Source: Candidatus Yonathbacteria bacterium
Lineage (GTDB): Bacteria; Patescibacteriota; Minisyncoccia; Phycocordibacterales; JACNGX01
NCBI GenBank assembly: GCA_013334825.1
Contig: JAAXWR010000001.1
Coordinates: 267,769-331,768, forward strand
Direction of reading: 5' to 3'
Length of the DNA stretch: 64,000 bases
The position numbers and the translations under genes are program-made. Positions 37,700-46,734 of this stretch are shown piece by piece; the stretch's first letter is position 1; every line of letters starts with the position of its first letter. A model generated the notes under the pieces. The model saw nothing but the letters and a program-made list of their open reading frames with translations, made no database searches and had not been told where the DNA came from.

Positions 37700-38119
37700 T
37701 CAGATATCTTCAAAAAAATAGAGGATGAGATGCGGCTTTGTTTCATGGAGCTTAGGCTCCATGTTGAGCTTCTCATAACCCTGCACAAATGCGCGTATTC
37801 GCGCATCCCATATTTCTTTGCTTCTTTCGAGCCCTTCAATTATTTTCGTTACATCCGCAGGATTGTCTCCGTTTGATGCCTGTCCATGACAGAATACCCA
37901 TTCATCTATGACGAGCACGGGAACCATGAAGCCCTCTTTTGCTCCCCGCAGATGGTGGGTATTTATTTCAAGCCCACTCTCCTTCGGTGGCATCCCCATA
38001 ACACGAAGAATGAGTTCCTCGTCCCAAGGCTCCCCAAGTGCGAGATACTCACTGGGAATGAGTTCGTCCGATGATAAGGATATTCCGTAACCCAAACGGG
38101 CGTATTTTAAGTTTGCCAT
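37700..38119 (-). CDS. hypothetical protein (139 aa)
   Basis: ORF with a terminator directly downstream. Confidence 0.45.
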   Translation of the reverse strand: MANLKYARLGYGISLSSDELIPSEYLALGEPWDEELILRVMGMPPKESGLEINTHHLRGAKEGFMVPVLVIDEWVFCHGQASNGDNPADVTKIIEGLERSKEIWDARIRAFVQGYEKLNMEPKLHETKPHLILYFFEDI

Positions 38120-38207
38120 TTCTTCTGTTTTTATATGTTTTGGTGAAGTTCTAAAAATAGAATAGCATACACATCCTTTATTGTCAATTTCTTAAAAATG
38201 TCTTATA

Positions 38208-38246
38208 CATAAACAGTGCGGGCATTTCATGCCCGCACTGTTTATG
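38208..38246. repeat. perfect 18-bp-stem palindrome cataaacagtgcgggcat ttc atgcccgcactgtttatg (GCGGGCAT..ATGCCCGC family)
   Basis: read from the sequence; followed by attcttaattcgtgattcttg word repeats. Confidence 0.7.
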
Positions 38247-38296
38247 TAATTCTTAATTCTTAATTCGTGATTCTTGCTTCTCGCCCACCTGTCCAC

Positions 38297-38938
38297 CTAA
38301 TCCTTAAACTTCCGAATACCAAGGACAATGAGTGCGACAAGCGCGACACCGAGAACAATCACGCGAATCCACGCGTCCATGTCAGACCAATATGTCATAG
38401 TACCGACAATCAGAGAAACGACGCCACCGAGTGAAAAGCCGAGTGAAATTGCTCCCATCTCCGCGATAAAGACCGAGAGAAGAATGAGTATGATACCGAG
38501 AGCGACCCAGACCATAAAGACGTTGCGCTCATATCCCTTGCGCATTTCATCGTATTCTTTCTGACATGTGAAATCAGGATTGCAATATCCTGCTGGCTCA
38601 ACATATCCTGTCGCGCTCGGATTCTTTATCCCCTCTTTATATGCCGCGTTTTCAGTCCATTGTCCTCCTTCAGCAACGCACGCTTCCATTGTTTCGGGCG
38701 CGGTGTACACTTGTTTTTCAGGACAGAAATCTGTGTATTCAGGCGCGGGATATGCAAGCTGTATGACCGATGCAAAAAAGACATTCACCACAACAATCAT
38801 CGCGAGAATAAGCGCCCATTTAAGGACAGCAGATAGTCCTTGGTGTTTGTGATGTTCGACCGACTTCGGCGCTTCTGGGGTGGAAGGAGTAGGAGCGGAT
38901 GATACTGGTGCCCCCTCTTGCATAAAAGGTGTATCCAT
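38297..38938 (-). CDS. membrane protein with extracytoplasmic Cys-containing domain, hypothetical
   Basis: TM helices near residue 40 and at the C-terminus; 6 Cys in the middle domain. Confidence 0.5.
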   Translation of the reverse strand: MDTPFMQEGAPVSSAPTPSTPEAPKSVEHHKHQGLSAVLKWALILAMIVVVNVFFASVIQLAYPAPEYTDFCPEKQVYTAPETMEACVAEGGQWTENAAYKEGIKNPSATGYVEPAGYCNPDFTCQKEYDEMRKGYERNVFMVWVALGIILILLSVFIAEMGAISLGFSLGGVVSLIVGTMTYWSDMDAWIRVIVLGVALVALIVLGIRKFKD

Positions 38939-39098
38939 AGAGTTGTCCGCGAGTGGGAGTGAGAATAAACCGCTCGTGGATGATAGTTCTAGTATAGCAG
39001 TACTGGTTGATAGTATCTAGTAGGCGGAATGAAAAAAGTGAATTACCAATGTACATAAAAAACGGCTCTTGAAAGAGCCGTTTGTAAACAGAATTGTG

Positions 39099-39590
39099 TT
39101 ATACCGCCATTTCCGGACGATAATGTTTCCAGAAGAAGAGGATGGATCCGCACAAGATACCATATGCTGGAACGATCATCCACGGATCGTACGAGAATAT
39201 ACCCTCCCCCATCAGATGAAATGCTGAAAGGATCGAGATCCATGACAGAAGTAGTGTCCATGTCGGGGCATGTCCGTGTCTTGGAACCATGGACATGCCA
39301 ATCTTCTTGAGTCGGATAATGCCAATGATTCCAAAAATTATGGCAAAAACAAACTCTAAAGAAAACAAAGCAATTTCTTTGGGGAAAAATAATAAGACTT
39401 CGATGATTGCTCCCCAGGCAATCAGTATCATCCCCAAGAATAATTTTCTGGACTTTTTTTCGGCTCTTTCAAGAATTGACGATTCTGATAGGGGGTTTCC
39501 CCCATCGTATTTATTGAAAAGAAAATAAAAAAAATTTGCAAGGATTCCCCAAATAGAGGTTGACCCTAAAAAAGAAAGTATTGCAGACAT
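39099..39590 (-). CDS. integral membrane protein, hypothetical
   Basis: 4-5 TM helices. Confidence 0.5.
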   Translation of the reverse strand: MSAILSFLGSTSIWGILANFFYFLFNKYDGGNPLSESSILERAEKKSRKLFLGMILIAWGAIIEVLLFFPKEIALFSLEFVFAIIFGIIGIIRLKKIGMSMVPRHGHAPTWTLLLSWISILSAFHLMGEGIFSYDPWMIVPAYGILCGSILFFWKHYRPEMAV

Positions 39591-39704
39591 GATGTTATTC
39601 CCTGTTAGTTAGTGGATGTTTTTGAAGAAAATTACTGATTTGTACGATACCATATAAAAAAATATATGCAAGTGATGTATTGCTCAGTTTACCCTAACGA
39701 CGCT

Positions 39705-39865
39705 AGGACCCACGTTTTACTACTCCGTGGATTCAGCCCCACTTTTATTAATAAATTCATTACTGAAAAAATGAATGAGCAGATTCACTTTATAATTCAG
39801 CATACTCGTTATATGTAAAAGTGGAGCTGGATGAAAACTGTAGACGTGGATGCTGAATCAAGTTC
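39705..39865. ncRNA. candidate structured RNA (nested stems ggattcagc/gctgaatc, ccacttttat/taaaagtgg, inner hairpins) in a 660-bp noncoding gap
   Basis: multiple complementary segments seen by eye; no family assigned. Confidence 0.2.
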
Positions 39866-39954
39866 AGCAAGACAACTAAAAAAAGACTGTGTGGATTCCG
39901 TATCACTTTTTAACCTCTTATTTTCTTTTTCATCGTTTATCGTTTTTTAGTCAT

Positions 39955-40172
39955 TCGTATATTCCCTAGCACTGTGCACTACGTAGGATGCACAGCACGC
40001 CACGTGGATGCACAGCACGCCATGTAGGGTGCGGGGCAGGCGTACAAGTTCGTACTTCGTAACCCTTAATTCTTGATTCGTGCTTCGTGATTCCCTGCAC
40101 CACGTAGGGTGCAGGGCACGCTTGATTCGAGTATCTGTCCCTCTAACCTCTCACCTATAACCTCTTTCCTAA
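39955..40172. repeat. copy (c) of the dispersed intergenic repeat family (reverse orientation)
   Basis: reverse complement matches 43775-43930 and 24683-24850 at about 90%. Confidence 0.7.
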
Positions 40173-40223
40173 ACCTTAAATTCAATCACATCACCGTCCT
40201 TCACCACATACTCCTTGCCTTCT
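40173..40223. repeat. 51-bp exact direct repeat of the ychF 3' end (second copy at 41327-41377)
   Basis: accttaaattcaatcacatcaccgtccttcaccacatactccttgccttct identical at both sites. Confidence 0.9.
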
Positions 40224-40457
40224 TGCTCTCTTTTTCTTTATATTACACCCGTGTGTGACATCTGCGAAAGATGCAAAAAAAGGCGAGGTTCCCTATCGCC
40301 AAAATTTCGGCGTATGGAAGAAAAATGGGAGTACCTATTCTTTTGGTAAGACGAGTGACCTGTTTTTTTCACAGTAAAAGTAAGTGGGGATACACTCAAA
40401 CTTACTATTACAAAAAGGTCAAAGGAAGAGTATGGAGAGTATATTCAATATCAGGAC

Positions 40458-40739
40458 ATGATAATAGGAGAAAAAGAAATGCCTGCAGAGACATCTCCTG
40501 TGTATGTGAGTATAGTGTTTAGTCGTAAGCACTATACTGAACATTATGCACATGATCCGCAAAAAGAAAACGACCTTTTCTTGCAGAGAGATTTTCGTGA
40601 AGCAATTATATCGCTTCGTAATGAGAAAATCCAAAAGGCTCTGGATCTCTACTTCCGGGACATGCCAAAGACAGTTAACGATAGTGAGACTGTCTTGTTG
40701 TCCGCTACTCTTGTGACTGCGTATGAAGATGTGTCATGA
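40458..40739 (+). CDS. hypothetical small protein (93 aa)
   Basis: ORF only; lies inside the 1.1-kb DR-flanked segment. Confidence 0.3.
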   Translation: MIIGEKEMPAETSPVYVSIVFSRKHYTEHYAHDPQKENDLFLQRDFREAIISLRNEKIQKALDLYFRDMPKTVNDSETVLLSATLVTAYEDVS

Positions 40740-40866
40740 TGGAAGAAGTTTAAACTGGGAGATTTCCTTTTCAAAAATCTTTCGGATATAGCAATAGGAT
40801 GTGGACTATCTGCCATCATATTGGTTATCTATAAATGGTGGCCGAAACTGTAACAAAGTGACCATG

Positions 40867-40890
40867 CGCCCATAGGGGCGCTTTTTGTAT
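40867..40890 (+). terminator. hairpin gcgccc atag gggcgc plus T-tract
   Basis: read from the sequence. Confidence 0.5.
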
Positions 40891-40896
40891 AGGCCA

Positions 40897-40925
40897 TTGA
40901 CAAGAACCTATTGATGAGATAAGAT
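40897..40925 (+). promoter_or_regulatory. sigma70-like promoter: TTGACA - 17 bp - TAAGAT
   Basis: -35 ttgaca 40897-40902, 17-bp spacer, -10 taagat 40920-40925. Confidence 0.5.
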
Positions 40926-40932
40926 ATCGTTA

Positions 40933-41070
40933 TTCGTGAAAGACATGACCGAACTTTCACTTCCCCGCAAGGGGCGACATCATAAGGTTACCGCGAGAGC
41001 CCGGGGGCCGAGACCTGCAACACGGCCTTGTATACACCGCCCGGGCATACTCTCGCGGTTTTTTGTTTTT
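40933..41070 (+). ncRNA. candidate small RNA (~140 nt) bounded by a consensus promoter and an intrinsic terminator; nested GC-rich stems
   Basis: stems ccccgcaagggg (GCAA loop), accgcgagag/ctctcgcggt, gcccggg/cccgggc, ggccg/cggcc; T-tract 41060-41070; no ORF. Confidence 0.4.
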
Positions 41071-41103
41071 CCACCCCTATCTTATTTTATACTGTCATCC
41101 CGT

Positions 41104-41257
41104 CCAGCCTCACATTGGTGATGTATGGAATACATGCCCAACTCAGCAATAATACTACTGAAAAGCATATTTTCTTTTCGGAATCATACATGCGAGGCTG
41201 GAATGCGGGATCCAGATATAAAAACCTGGATTCCGGCTCAAGCCCGGAATGACAACT
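41104..41257. repeat. cluster of MITE-like hairpin elements: inverted repeats 41107-41127/41203-41224, plus a reverse-orientation copy of gtcattccgggcttga(c/g)ccggaatcc at 41227-41254
   Basis: read from the sequence. Confidence 0.55.
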
Positions 41258-41322
41258 CTATATTGATTGTTCAACTTTCTTTTCGCCATTCTTAATTCAT
41301 GATTCTTTATTCTTGCTTCTCA

Positions 41323-42429
41323 TCACACCTTAAATTCAATCACATCACCGTCCTTCACCACATACTCCTTGCCTTCTGTACGGAGTAATCCTTTCTCGCG
41401 AGCGGTGGCGTATGAGCCAGCAGAAAGAAGTGTGTCGGTGTGAATCACTTCAGCACGGATAAATCTATCACGAAAATCGGTATGAATAGCGGCACCTGCT
41501 TCGGGGGCGGAACATGCATACGGGACTGTCCATGCGCGTGTCTCGTCTGGTCCGGTCGTCAAATAGGTCATGAGTCCGAGAAGTGCGTAGGAACCCTTGA
41601 TAAGGTCATTGACCCCATCATCGCTTCCCGCGTCGAGTTCTTCACGAAAGAGCGCACGGTCTTCACCTTCGAGTTCTGAAAGTTCGCGTTCAATACCCGC
41701 ATCCACAATGACGTATTGCGCACCCGATTCATCGAGAAAGGTGGTGAGGGCGCGCCAGCGCCCGTCTGAGGCGTCAGGGTCGTCGTTTAGGTTCTTGGCG
41801 CCCGCTTTTCTGTTCAAGACATAGAGCATCGGCTTTATAGAAAGGAGGTTCAAGTGTTTGACTGCCAATAATTCTTCAGGAGAAAGATCACATGCTTCGG
41901 CGCGTATCCCTTCGTCAAATGCGGTGGACAATTTTGCCAATGCGTCTGCTTCGAATTTTGCTTTTTTCTCGCCTTTTTTAAGTTCACCCGCGAGACTTCC
42001 CATGCGCTTGGTTACACTTTGCATGTCGGCAAGAATAAGCTCAAGATTGATGACAGTGATATCGCGTAATGGGTCAATAGACCCATCTACATGCGTGACG
42101 TTGCCATCTTCAAAAATGCGAACAATGTGCGCGATAGCATCTGTTTCGCGGATGTGTGCAAGGAATTTATTACCGAGTCCCTCGCCATCGGATGCACCTT
42201 TGACGAGTCCAGCGATGTCAGTAAACTCAATCGCCGCGGGTATCGTCTTTGCAGAATGTGAAAATGCGGTGAGTTTGCCCAGACGTTCATCAGGCACGGC
42301 AACAACACCGACAGCAGGGTCGATGGTACAGAAAGGATAGTTCTCCGCGGGGACCGATTTGCGAGTCAGTGCGTTGAAGAGTGTTGATTTGCCGACATTG
42401 GGAAGGCCGACGATACCGATGGAAAGCAT
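41323..42429 (-). CDS. ychF: ribosome-binding ATPase YchF (Obg-like ATPase 1)
   Basis: N-terminal GLPNVGKSTLFNALT P-loop; C-terminal TGS domain. Confidence 0.9.
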   Translation of the reverse strand: MLSIGIVGLPNVGKSTLFNALTRKSVPAENYPFCTIDPAVGVVAVPDERLGKLTAFSHSAKTIPAAIEFTDIAGLVKGASDGEGLGNKFLAHIRETDAIAHIVRIFEDGNVTHVDGSIDPLRDITVINLELILADMQSVTKRMGSLAGELKKGEKKAKFEADALAKLSTAFDEGIRAEACDLSPEELLAVKHLNLLSIKPMLYVLNRKAGAKNLNDDPDASDGRWRALTTFLDESGAQYVIVDAGIERELSELEGEDRALFREELDAGSDDGVNDLIKGSYALLGLMTYLTTGPDETRAWTVPYACSAPEAGAAIHTDFRDRFIRAEVIHTDTLLSAGSYATAREKGLLRTEGKEYVVKDGDVIEFKV

Positions 42430-42540
42430 AAATGAAAGTTGTCAGTTATAAGTTTCAAGTTGCAAGAGTAAAAAAGTGAAGCCGTTGTATCACAAATATA
42501 TCCCGTTCTGTAAGCATATAGGACGAATGTATTTGACGCA

Positions 42541-43035
42541 ATGGCATTGACTTTAACTGATATAAGTTGTAGTCTTATTTTAGAAAAGTCCTTACTTATT
42601 TTATATCAACAAGAAGAGGGGTGTCACATGTCGGATGGAATCACTAATTTTCTCAAAAAATTGGCAAAAACAGAATTACGTATAAAGTATGAGGAAGGTC
42701 CGTTTGCCTTTTACATGGGAAACGAATGTACTCCTTTAGATAAAGGGTTGCAGACGTGGAAGATAAATATATCACCGATTTTCTTTAAAAAAATTCTCGG
42801 TGATTATTATCGTATTGATGATCATGATTGTATGTGTTGTCATATTGACGAGCATGCTTGTATGGGGGAGATATCTCCCGTATTTACAATCCGTGGCATT
42901 CTTTATGATGCGAAAAAGGATTGTTATATGCTTGTCACAGAGATTGACAACGGGATATTTTCTTTTGATCCCGTTGAACAATATGTCAACACTCAATTTC
43001 TGTATGAGGTCTATTGGAATAATGGTCCTCGCTGA
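42541..43035 (+). CDS. hypothetical Cys-rich protein (likely starts at MSDGITNF, position 42628)
   Basis: ORF followed by a terminator; HDCMCCHIDEHAC motif. Confidence 0.45.
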   Translation: MALTLTDISCSLILEKSLLILYQQEEGCHMSDGITNFLKKLAKTELRIKYEEGPFAFYMGNECTPLDKGLQTWKINISPIFFKKILGDYYRIDDHDCMCCHIDEHACMGEISPVFTIRGILYDAKKDCYMLVTEIDNGIFSFDPVEQYVNTQFLYEVYWNNGPR

Positions 43036-43039
43036 TGAT

Positions 43040-43075
43040 TGACACACTCCCCCTCGGGGAGTTTTTTGTTTTTTA
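43040..43075 (+). terminator. intrinsic terminator (ctcccc ctc ggggag plus T-tract)
   Basis: read from the sequence. Confidence 0.65.
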
Positions 43076-43087
43076 GTTTCCTCACTT

Positions 43088-43438
43088 TTACGTAAGTGGT
43101 TGTATGCCAAGTTTAATGATTTTAAGGGGTGTATGGGGACCGACGGGCTGTTTGTAATAGTTTGTGTAGGTCGTATACATTGTTTCTTCTGAATCAAATT
43201 TTTCATGACCATCCCAATCCTCGGAAGACAATTCAGCAAATGTTGTCTCGCGTACTGCGAGCACTTTACCAACAGAAAACACTTCTTTTGTTTCATAAAG
43301 AAGTAGATCGCATACATCGCCTGCGGTAATGTTCTTGTCGTCAAAGAGACGCCATGTGGTGTATTTTTCCCCTCGGAGAATCATATCCGCAAGTTCTTTT
43401 TTAAATTTGAGCGTTTTATGCTCCATAAATTGTTCCAC
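43088..43438 (-). CDS. ASCH domain protein
   Basis: LKFKKELADMILRGEKYTTWR N-terminal ASCH signature. Confidence 0.65.
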   Translation of the reverse strand: MEQFMEHKTLKFKKELADMILRGEKYTTWRLFDDKNITAGDVCDLLLYETKEVFSVGKVLAVRETTFAELSSEDWDGHEKFDSEETMYTTYTNYYKQPVGPHTPLKIIKLGIQPLT

Positions 43439-43439
43439 C

Positions 43440-43670
43440 TTATTTCCCCATCAATTTTGTAAGTTCTGCTTGATATTTGGGCATCACCGCCATTGCCGCG
43501 GACATTTGGTCTTTGCCTTTTTTCATTTCCGCTTGCATTTCCAAAGCAATCTTTTGGAAAAGATCAGGGTTTTCTTCAACGGCTTTCAAAATCTTGTCTT
43601 GCTGTTCTTGTGGAACACCTTTCAATTGGCTGGCAAGTGTTTTTTTGAGAAGGAGGGTTTTGAGGGACAT
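43440..43670 (-). CDS. small hypothetical protein (76 aa), co-operonic with the ASCH gene
   Basis: ORF abutting the ASCH gene. Confidence 0.4.
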   Translation of the reverse strand: MSLKTLLLKKTLASQLKGVPQEQQDKILKAVEENPDLFQKIALEMQAEMKKGKDQMSAAMAVMPKYQAELTKLMGK

Positions 43671-43689
43671 AGTTGTGATGAGGGGGTTA

Positions 43690-44080
43690 GCTTATAGGTG
43701 ATAGGACAGATACTCGAATCAAGAATCACGAAGCAAGAATCAAGAATACGAGAGATGAATGATGAAATATGAACGTAGGAAATAGGTTAGAGGGACAGAT
43801 ACTCGAATCAAGCGTGCCCTGCACCCTACGTGGTGCAGGGAATCACGAAGCACGAAGCAAGAATTAAGGGTTACGAAGTACGAACTTGTACGCTTGCCCT
43901 GCACCCTACGTGGTGCTGGGGAATATACGAATAAAAAGTTTCTTCCACACATGTTATGTATCATTCGTAGATTCGTACGTATTGGTTATTCGTAAAAATG
44001 ATATTGACAGACAAAAACAATCCCAAACAATTTCTACGAACCATGCACCACGTAGGATGCATGGCAGGCTAAGAACTACG
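43690..44080. repeat. copy (d) of the dispersed intergenic repeat family, with an internal direct repeat (gataggacagatactcgaatcaag x2)
   Basis: shares about 150 bp at about 90% with copies a and c; palindromic units cctgcaccctacgtggtgcagg. Confidence 0.7.
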
Positions 44081-44082
44081 AA

Positions 44083-44469
44083 CTACGTCAAACGTTCATC
44101 TATCTTTTTTACGACATCAGTGATGCTCATGTCTGCCTTTACTAAATAATCGACATGTGGATATGCTGTTACTTCTGCAACATAGTCCATGTCGCTGATA
44201 TTTGTGAGGAGGATGACAGGAATATGTGTTGTCTCCTCTGTTTCGCGGAGAATACGGAGTGCTTCTCGTCCGTCCATGACAGGCATCATGATATCGAGAA
44301 GAATAAGATCAGGATGATGTTCTCGAGCAGAAGTAACTGCTTCTTGTCCATTCTTTGCTTCAATAACATCATACCCAGCATGAGAAAGTGCTGCATGCAT
44401 AACGCGACGAAGTGAGTCCTCATCATCGGCGGTAAGTATGATTTTTTTTGCACGAATGTCTGTGTCCAT
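44083..44469 (-). CDS. single-domain response regulator (CheY-like receiver)
   Basis: DD...D...K receiver signature (ADDED...LILLDIMMP...ILLT). Confidence 0.75.
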   Translation of the reverse strand: MDTDIRAKKIILTADDEDSLRRVMHAALSHAGYDVIEAKNGQEAVTSAREHHPDLILLDIMMPVMDGREALRILRETEETTHIPVILLTNISDMDYVAEVTAYPHVDYLVKADMSITDVVKKIDERLT

Positions 44470-44473
44470 ATTG

Positions 44474-44854
44474 TTACTGCGCGTTTTCAAGCGCGTAAGA
44501 AATATCATTAATAATCTGTGATAAATCGTAATCCGCTTTTGTATAATATTGTTCAACACCAAGACGCATATATGATGTCATGCTTTCTGCTCCTGCACTG
44601 TTGGAAACAACGAATACGGGAATATTCTTGGTATGTTCAGAACCTTTGAGCCGCGCGACGAAGTCAAGACCATTTTGTTTTCCCAAGAGATAGTGATCTA
44701 GCCATATTGCATCAATGTGTTCTTCCCCGTCAATGACAGAAAGGCCTTCTTCAACAGTGCGTGCGATGACAGGAGAAAAGCCACGCATTGAGAGTTGGTG
44801 TTCAATGGCAGTGATAAGAGCGGAGTCGTCTTCAAGGACTAAGATGTGTTTCAT
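44474..44854 (-). CDS. single-domain response regulator (CheY-like receiver)
   Basis: ILVLEDD...IWLDHYL receiver signature. Confidence 0.75.
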   Translation of the reverse strand: MKHILVLEDDSALITAIEHQLSMRGFSPVIARTVEEGLSVIDGEEHIDAIWLDHYLLGKQNGLDFVARLKGSEHTKNIPVFVVSNSAGAESMTSYMRLGVEQYYTKADYDLSQIINDISYALENAQ

Positions 44855-44874
44855 GAGATGTATGCCCTACGTGC

Positions 44875-46734
44875 TTATTCTTCTGCGACTTTCCGTATGG
44901 GCTGTATAGGAAGTATACCATAAAAGGTACTCCCTTTTCCAACCTCTGAATCAAAATGTATCGATCCCCCATCTGATTCAATAATATGCTTGATAATATA
45001 AAGGCCGAGACCTGTTCCTGTTGCATCAACCGCTTTTGCATTGTCAGCACGGAACATTTTGTTGAAAATACGGCTTTGCTGGTCTGCCGGGATACCATAT
45101 CCATTATCTTTTACAGAAAAGAAGAGATGTTCGGTTCCTTCTTTTTGGATAGTAATCTCCACTACACCATTTTGGGGTGTGTATTTTACCGCGTTTGAAA
45201 GAAGATTCTGAAAAATCATATGCATTTGCGCCCTGTCAAACATGATATCGGGAGCGTCTGTCGCAAATGATTCAATAATGGTGATATGTTTCTCGCGTGC
45301 GAGTGGTTGAAGTTCTTTGAGTGCTGTTTTCGCAGCTTCGATTGGACGAATTGGTTCGGGAATCCATCGCATAGTTCCGAGGTCGAGTCGAGACACATTG
45401 AGAAGTGATTCTACCAGTTCAATCATGCGTTTATTCGCGTCATATATTTCTTTGATATAACTACGACTCTCTTCGGGAATAGCCATGTTTTCTGACAACA
45501 ACATTTCAGTATACCAACGTATGGTAGAGAGCGGTGTGCGAAGTTGATGAGACGCGAGAGAGACGAATTCAGTTTTTGCTTTATCGACAGCTTTTCGTTT
45601 TGTGACATCAGAGAAGATTGCGGTATAAAAAATGGGCGTATGATGTTCTGAGATGGGTGCGATATATACTTCCGCGTTATACGGTGTGTTGTTGCCTCGC
45701 GTACCAGCAAGATCATCGGTAAAGAGGGTTGTTCCATCATGGAATGTCTGTCTCACAGATTGTGCAACGGATATTGGTGACAATGCTTCAAAAGGTGCAA
45801 TGGCATAGGTTCCCAAAGCTTTTTCTGGTGATACACCAGTAAGAGCTTCCCATGCGTTGTTTGCATAGAGAATGATGCCAGTAGTGTCGGTAATAAGAAT
45901 CGCTTCATTGGAAGATGCGACTGCTTGGGCAAATTTTTTCGTATTGAGCATTTCCTCATGAATACGCTCGTTTGCTTTGCGAAGTTCGTCAGTGCGACGT
46001 CTGAGCAGTTCTTCGGCTTCTCGTATTGCGCTGATGTCGCGTGTAGATCCTGAGACATGCATAGGTATGCCGTCTGATGTACGTTCAATGGTCCCCTCTT
46101 CTATAATATATCGCCAGTTACCTGAATTTGTTTTGAGACGATAATCTGTTTTGTATACACGCATACCTCCGCCAATGGCGTGTGTGAGTGTTTCTTTGAG
46201 TGCAGACACATCATCAGGGTGCACTGATTCAAGAAGTTCGGCATATGTTTTGGGTGCATGTTGCTCATCGTATCCAAAGAGTGAGCGCCAGTGATCCGAA
46301 ACATATAATGAATCATCAAGAAGGTTGCGTTCCCATGCACCCGCGCCAGAACTTTCAAGAATTTCAGCATAGCGGTCTCGTGTTTCCTTGAGTCTTTGCG
46401 TGATATCGTTGGCATGTGAAAGTTCTCTCTGTACATTTCCCACAAGAAGACCAGCAATGGCGGTGAATATAAGTACGCATATACTTACGCCTATTTGTAC
46501 AAACATCGGAGCAATACCGAGTGCATTTGCGACAATGTTAGGTGTAAGTATAAAAAATCCTCCCGCGCATAGGGAAAGAAAAGCAACAAATATCGCAAGG
46601 AGATACGCAATACGAGAGATTGTTGTCATCCACGATGTTTCGGATGTATTGGAGAGAGGAATGCGTTGTGTTGGAGTGGGTGTCATGAGTATTGTGGAGA
46701 AAAAATCAACGCACCGTGTCTTCTTTTGTCTCAA
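44875..46734 (-). CDS. PAS-domain sensor histidine kinase
   Basis: N-terminal TM segments, PAS/PAC regions, H-box SHQLRTPLSTI, HATPase GTGLGLYII. Confidence 0.85.
   Translation of the reverse strand: MRQKKTRCVDFFSTILMTPTPTQRIPLSNTSETSWMTTISRIAYLLAIFVAFLSLCAGGFFILTPNIVANALGIAPMFVQIGVSICVLIFTAIAGLLVGNVQRELSHANDITQRLKETRDRYAEILESSGAGAWERNLLDDSLYVSDHWRSLFGYDEQHAPKTYAELLESVHPDDVSALKETLTHAIGGGMRVYKTDYRLKTNSGNWRYIIEEGTIERTSDGIPMHVSGSTRDISAIREAEELLRRRTDELRKANERIHEEMLNTKKFAQAVASSNEAILITDTTGIILYANNAWEALTGVSPEKALGTYAIAPFEALSPISVAQSVRQTFHDGTTLFTDDLAGTRGNNTPYNAEVYIAPISEHHTPIFYTAIFSDVTKRKAVDKAKTEFVSLASHQLRTPLSTIRWYTEMLLSENMAIPEESRSYIKEIYDANKRMIELVESLLNVSRLDLGTMRWIPEPIRPIEAAKTALKELQPLAREKHITIIESFATDAPDIMFDRAQMHMIFQNLLSNAVKYTPQNGVVEITIQKEGTEHLFFSVKDNGYGIPADQQSRIFNKMFRADNAKAVDATGTGLGLYIIKHIIESDGGSIHFDSEVGKGSTFYGILPIQPIRKVAEE

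Noticed and set aside
40458-40860. TGA readthrough extending ORF 40458..40739 into an in-frame hydrophobic peptide (..LGDFLFKNLSDIAIGCGLSAIILVIYKWWPKL)
   Set aside because: No independent support exists and the ORF itself is weak. Noted only because it lies near the other TGA anomaly.
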